Assembly (NCBI GenBank): GCA_964611355.1
Contig: CAZSYD010000015.1
Location: forward strand, 1 to 46,199
From: an uncultured Ignavibacteriales bacterium
GTDB lineage: Bacteria; Zixibacteria; MSB-5A5; GN15; JAAZOE01
Direction: 5' to 3'
DNA: 46,199 nucleotides
Shown here: positions 43,446 through 46,199 of the stretch, one piece after another
Layout: the number at the start of each line of letters is the position of its first letter
How positions within the stretch are numbered: the stretch's first letter is position 1
Position numbers and translations under genes: made by a program
Notes under the pieces: generated by a model
Told to the model about the DNA's origin: nothing
Databases searched by the model: none
Seen by the model: only the letters and a program-made list of their open reading frames with translations

Positions 43446-46199
43446 ATGAGTTCATCGACAGAACATATACCCGGATTCAGGTTCATTCCCATTCTCGCAA
43501 TTCTGTTTATACTTCTTTTTTCAATTTCTTTATCAGCCGGAATTATCACGCCGCGGCTTGAAGAAAGAATGGCGACAGCGGATGGGAACGAATTCATCCG
43601 TATTATAGTAAAACCGGTCTCGATCCATAACCCGGCGGCCATGAAAGCCTCGCTGACCGCTTTATATAAAACCAGAGCGGATCGGCACAGGGCTGGAATA
43701 GACCGACTGAAGACCATCGCCGAAATATCTCAACAGCCGGTCGTCAACTCTTTGCTTGACGCTGAACGGAATAAACAGGCCCGGCGGGTGAAATCATTCT
43801 GGATAGCCAACCTGATCGAGGCCGAACTGACAGCCCCTTCCATAAAGGTTCTGGTTTCAGACCCGTCAATCGAGAGAATTGATTTGTACCCGGAAATAAT
43901 TCCAATTTCCTCTTATGGAAGCGTTAGTACCTCGGAAAGCTTGCAGGGTGTAGAATCAAACCTGCAGTTTGTCAAAGCCGACTCCGCCTGGACGGCCGGA
44001 TACGACGGCCGTGGCCGGATTGTCTGTAATTTTGATACCGGCGTTGAAGGCGATCATCCCGCCCTGATCGATAATTATCGCGGCAGCAAAGGTTACCCGG
44101 CATCGCAGTGCTGGTTTTCTCCGACCGACAGTTCCACATTTCCGCATACATTTGAGATTCCCCACCTGCCGAGTACCGAATCGCACGGAACGCATACCAT
44201 GGGAATCATGGTCGGGCATGACGACGCCACAGGCGACACCATCGGCGTCGCCCCGGGAGCCGACTGGATCGCCGCCGTGGCGGTCAACGTGGCCGGTTCA
44301 TCGATATTTGAAGCTTTCCAGTGGGCGGCCGACCCGGACGGCGACCCCAACACGGTTAGCGATCTACCCGACGTCATCAATCACAGTTGGGGAGTAGTCG
44401 AAATCGGCTGCAGCGATATTTTCTGGGAGGTGATTGACAATATCGAGGCGCTGGGCGTGGTAAATATCTTTGCCGCCGGCAATGAAGGGCCGGATACCAT
44501 GTCGATCGTAAATCCTGCCAACCGGGCCGACGATTCTCTCACCTGCTTTGCCGTGGGAGCCGTCGATTCTGAAGATACCACGATATATTATCGTTCGTCG
44601 CGAGGGCCGTCCGAGTGCAACATTGGGGCTGTCAAACCGAACGTGGTAGCGCCCGGAGTAAATATCAGGTCATCAATACCTGAGGACCCGTTCTACGCTC
44701 CCTACAGCGGGACGTCGATGGCCGCGCCGCATGTGGCCGGAGCGGTGGCTATACTGCGGCAAAAGAATCCTGACGCGACTGTTGACGATATTAAAACCGC
44801 CCTTTTGAATTCAGCCCATGACCTCGGCGAAACCGTCGGTCCCGACAATGATTTCGGCTGGGGATTGATTGATATCATGGAAGCTCTACGGCAGATTGAA
44901 CCGATAACCGAACAATCGCTGGAAGTGGCGCGGCTTGAATATCCGGTTATAAATCCCGGCGATTCCGTTTCGGTGGAATTGGCTCTAAAAAATATCGGCG
45001 CATCGGCAAACAATGTTACCGCGCAGTTTTCCAACCCCGATTATGGGCTGACTATACACACTGGTCAGATTAGCTACGGCGATATTAGTCGCGATTCCAT
45101 ATCAGCCGGTGACACGACGCTTGATTTGAAATTCGACGAAACGGTTGAAACGGGTAAATTCTTATCTCTCGATATGGATATTTACATCGACGAGGGATTT
45201 TATAAACAGCAACGGTTGAGTTTCCTTGTCGGTGAACGGGGGGAGAGAAATTATTTCAATCATGAGACCGGCCGGTTAAAATTCACGATTTCCAATTACG
45301 GCGCCTTCGGCTTTGGCGGGACCAATCTGTCGAAAAGCGCGTACGGTTCGTATATTCCTCTCGGCTTCCACGGCTTCCAACTCGACCGCGACACCAATGA
45401 CCTGTACGAAGCATCGCTTATGATCGGCATCGATTCGGCTCATGTCTCCGACTGCGCCCGCAATATCGCGCAGGAACCGGACAATGATTTCGCCGTCATT
45501 CCCGGCGGGTCGATCAGCTTCTTTACACCCGGCCCGCTGGCAGATCAGGAAACGGCTTCGTCGTTTGACGACCGAAACGCAGAAAATCCGCTCGGGCTGA
45601 CCATCAGGCAGAAAAGTTACAGCTGGTTATCCGCGCCGGATGATATGTATATCATCCTTGAATATATAATCACCAATAATTCCGGTGAAGCGATCAACGG
45701 CCTCAGCGTCGGGCTTTTTCTTGACTGGAACATAACCGAATATATTAACAACAGGGGAACCTTCCTGCCGGACAGAGACCTCGGCTACCTCTACTGGTCT
45801 GATGGTATCGATTCATCTGAGTTTCGGGGAGTGAGAATACTCAATCCGGAAGGGACAACCAACCATTGGGTCTATATCAATTCGGATGAAATCTACGGCA
45901 GCAATTTCCACGAAGGAAGAAAATACCAGGGGCTGTCGGATAATTCCCGGCCTGCCTACACATTTTCCAATAACATCGCGCACATAACATCAGCCGGGCC
46001 GTTTGATATGGCCGATGGGCAGTCTGATACGGTGGCCTTCGCAATAATAGGTGAAAACAACTGGAATCAATTCCTGACCGCCGCCGACCGGGCCAAACAG
46101 AAATATGACGATTTCCCGACTTCTGTTGACGATTTCGCCGACCGTCAACTTCCAGGGAAATTTACGCTCGATCAGAATTATCCCAATCCGTTTAATCCG
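43446..46199 (+). CDS. Secreted S8 (subtilisin-family, bacillopeptidase F-like) serine peptidase with C-terminal sorting domain; 3'-partial and absent from the ORF track
   Basis: Manual translation from ATG 43446 gives a signal peptide (FIPILAILFILLFSISLSA), a propeptide (SFWIAN), catalytic FDTGV, HGTHTMG, FAAGNEG and SGTSMAAPHVAG. The last codons in the same frame read DQNYPNPFNP, the start of a T9SS/FlgD-like C-terminal domain (918 codons to the window end). Confidence 0.9.
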   Translation, partial: MSSSTEHIPGFRFIPILAILFILLFSISLSAGIITPRLEERMATADGNEFIRIIVKPVSIHNPAAMKASLTALYKTRADRHRAGIDRLKTIAEISQQPVVNSLLDAERNKQARRVKSFWIANLIEAELTAPSIKVLVSDPSIERIDLYPEIIPISSYGSVSTSESLQGVESNLQFVKADSAWTAGYDGRGRIVCNFDTGVEGDHPALIDNYRGSKGYPASQCWFSPTDSSTFPHTFEIPHLPSTESHGTHTMGIMVGHDDATGDTIGVAPGADWIAAVAVNVAGSSIFEAFQWAADPDGDPNTVSDLPDVINHSWGVVEIGCSDIFWEVIDNIEALGVVNIFAAGNEGPDTMSIVNPANRADDSLTCFAVGAVDSEDTTIYYRSSRGPSECNIGAVKPNVVAPGVNIRSSIPEDPFYAPYSGTSMAAPHVAGAVAILRQKNPDATVDDIKTALLNSAHDLGETVGPDNDFGWGLIDIMEALRQIEPITEQSLEVARLEYPVINPGDSVSVELALKNIGASANNVTAQFSNPDYGLTIHTGQISYGDISRDSISAGDTTLDLKFDETVETGKFLSLDMDIYIDEGFYKQQRLSFLVGERGERNYFNHETGRLKFTISNYGAFGFGGTNLSKSAYGSYIPLGFHGFQLDRDTNDLYEASLMIGIDSAHVSDCARNIAQEPDNDFAVIPGGSISFFTPGPLADQETASSFDDRNAENPLGLTIRQKSYSWLSAPDDMYIILEYIITNNSGEAINGLSVGLFLDWNITEYINNRGTFLPDRDLGYLYWSDGIDSSEFRGVRILNPEGTTNHWVYINSDEIYGSNFHEGRKYQGLSDNSRPAYTFSNNIAHITSAGPFDMADGQSDTVAFAIIGENNWNQFLTAADRAKQKYDDFPTSVDDFADRQLPGKFTLDQNYPNPFNP

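Noticed and set aside
43349..45034. Short ORFs called at the right end (43349-43717, 43956-44219, 44093-44380, 44152-44397, 44381-44581, 44702-45034)
   Set aside because: All overlap the uncalled plus-strand S8 peptidase frame, which carries the full catalytic triad.

Overview
A 46-kb gene-dense bacterial chromosomal segment from a draft assembly, with a 100-N gap at 13174-13273. A C-terminal dockerin-like module, a 'QNYPNPFNP' sorting-domain start, a beta-barrel OMP and the ileS-dksA-lspA gene order suggest a diderm FCB-related organism such as Zixibacteria; this is inference, not a database result. Housekeeping genes (birA, nadC, ilvC-like, nth, iscU, hbd/crt, dnaE, ileS, lspA, a MacAB-type exporter) are interleaved with accessory secreted and redox proteins. 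I saw no rRNA, tRNA, CRISPR array, transposase or prophage gene. Best leads: (1) a 1026-aa prokaryotic Roco protein (LRR-Roc-COR plus an uncharacterised Cys/His C-terminal domain) with deviant GTPase motifs, a sigma28-like promoter and a convergent TPR lipoprotein; (2) a stand-alone IlvC homologue with two conserved active-site residues replaced, next to cofactor genes; (3) a lone CydA-like protein without its proton-channel glutamates; (4) an operon-like trio of a Gly/Asp-repeat secreted protein, a Rieske-like protein with CxH...CC ligands, and an aldehyde dehydrogenase; (5) a type-2 IleRS with the non-canonical GIHH signature. A large S8 peptidase gene (43446 to window end) is missing from the supplied ORF track.
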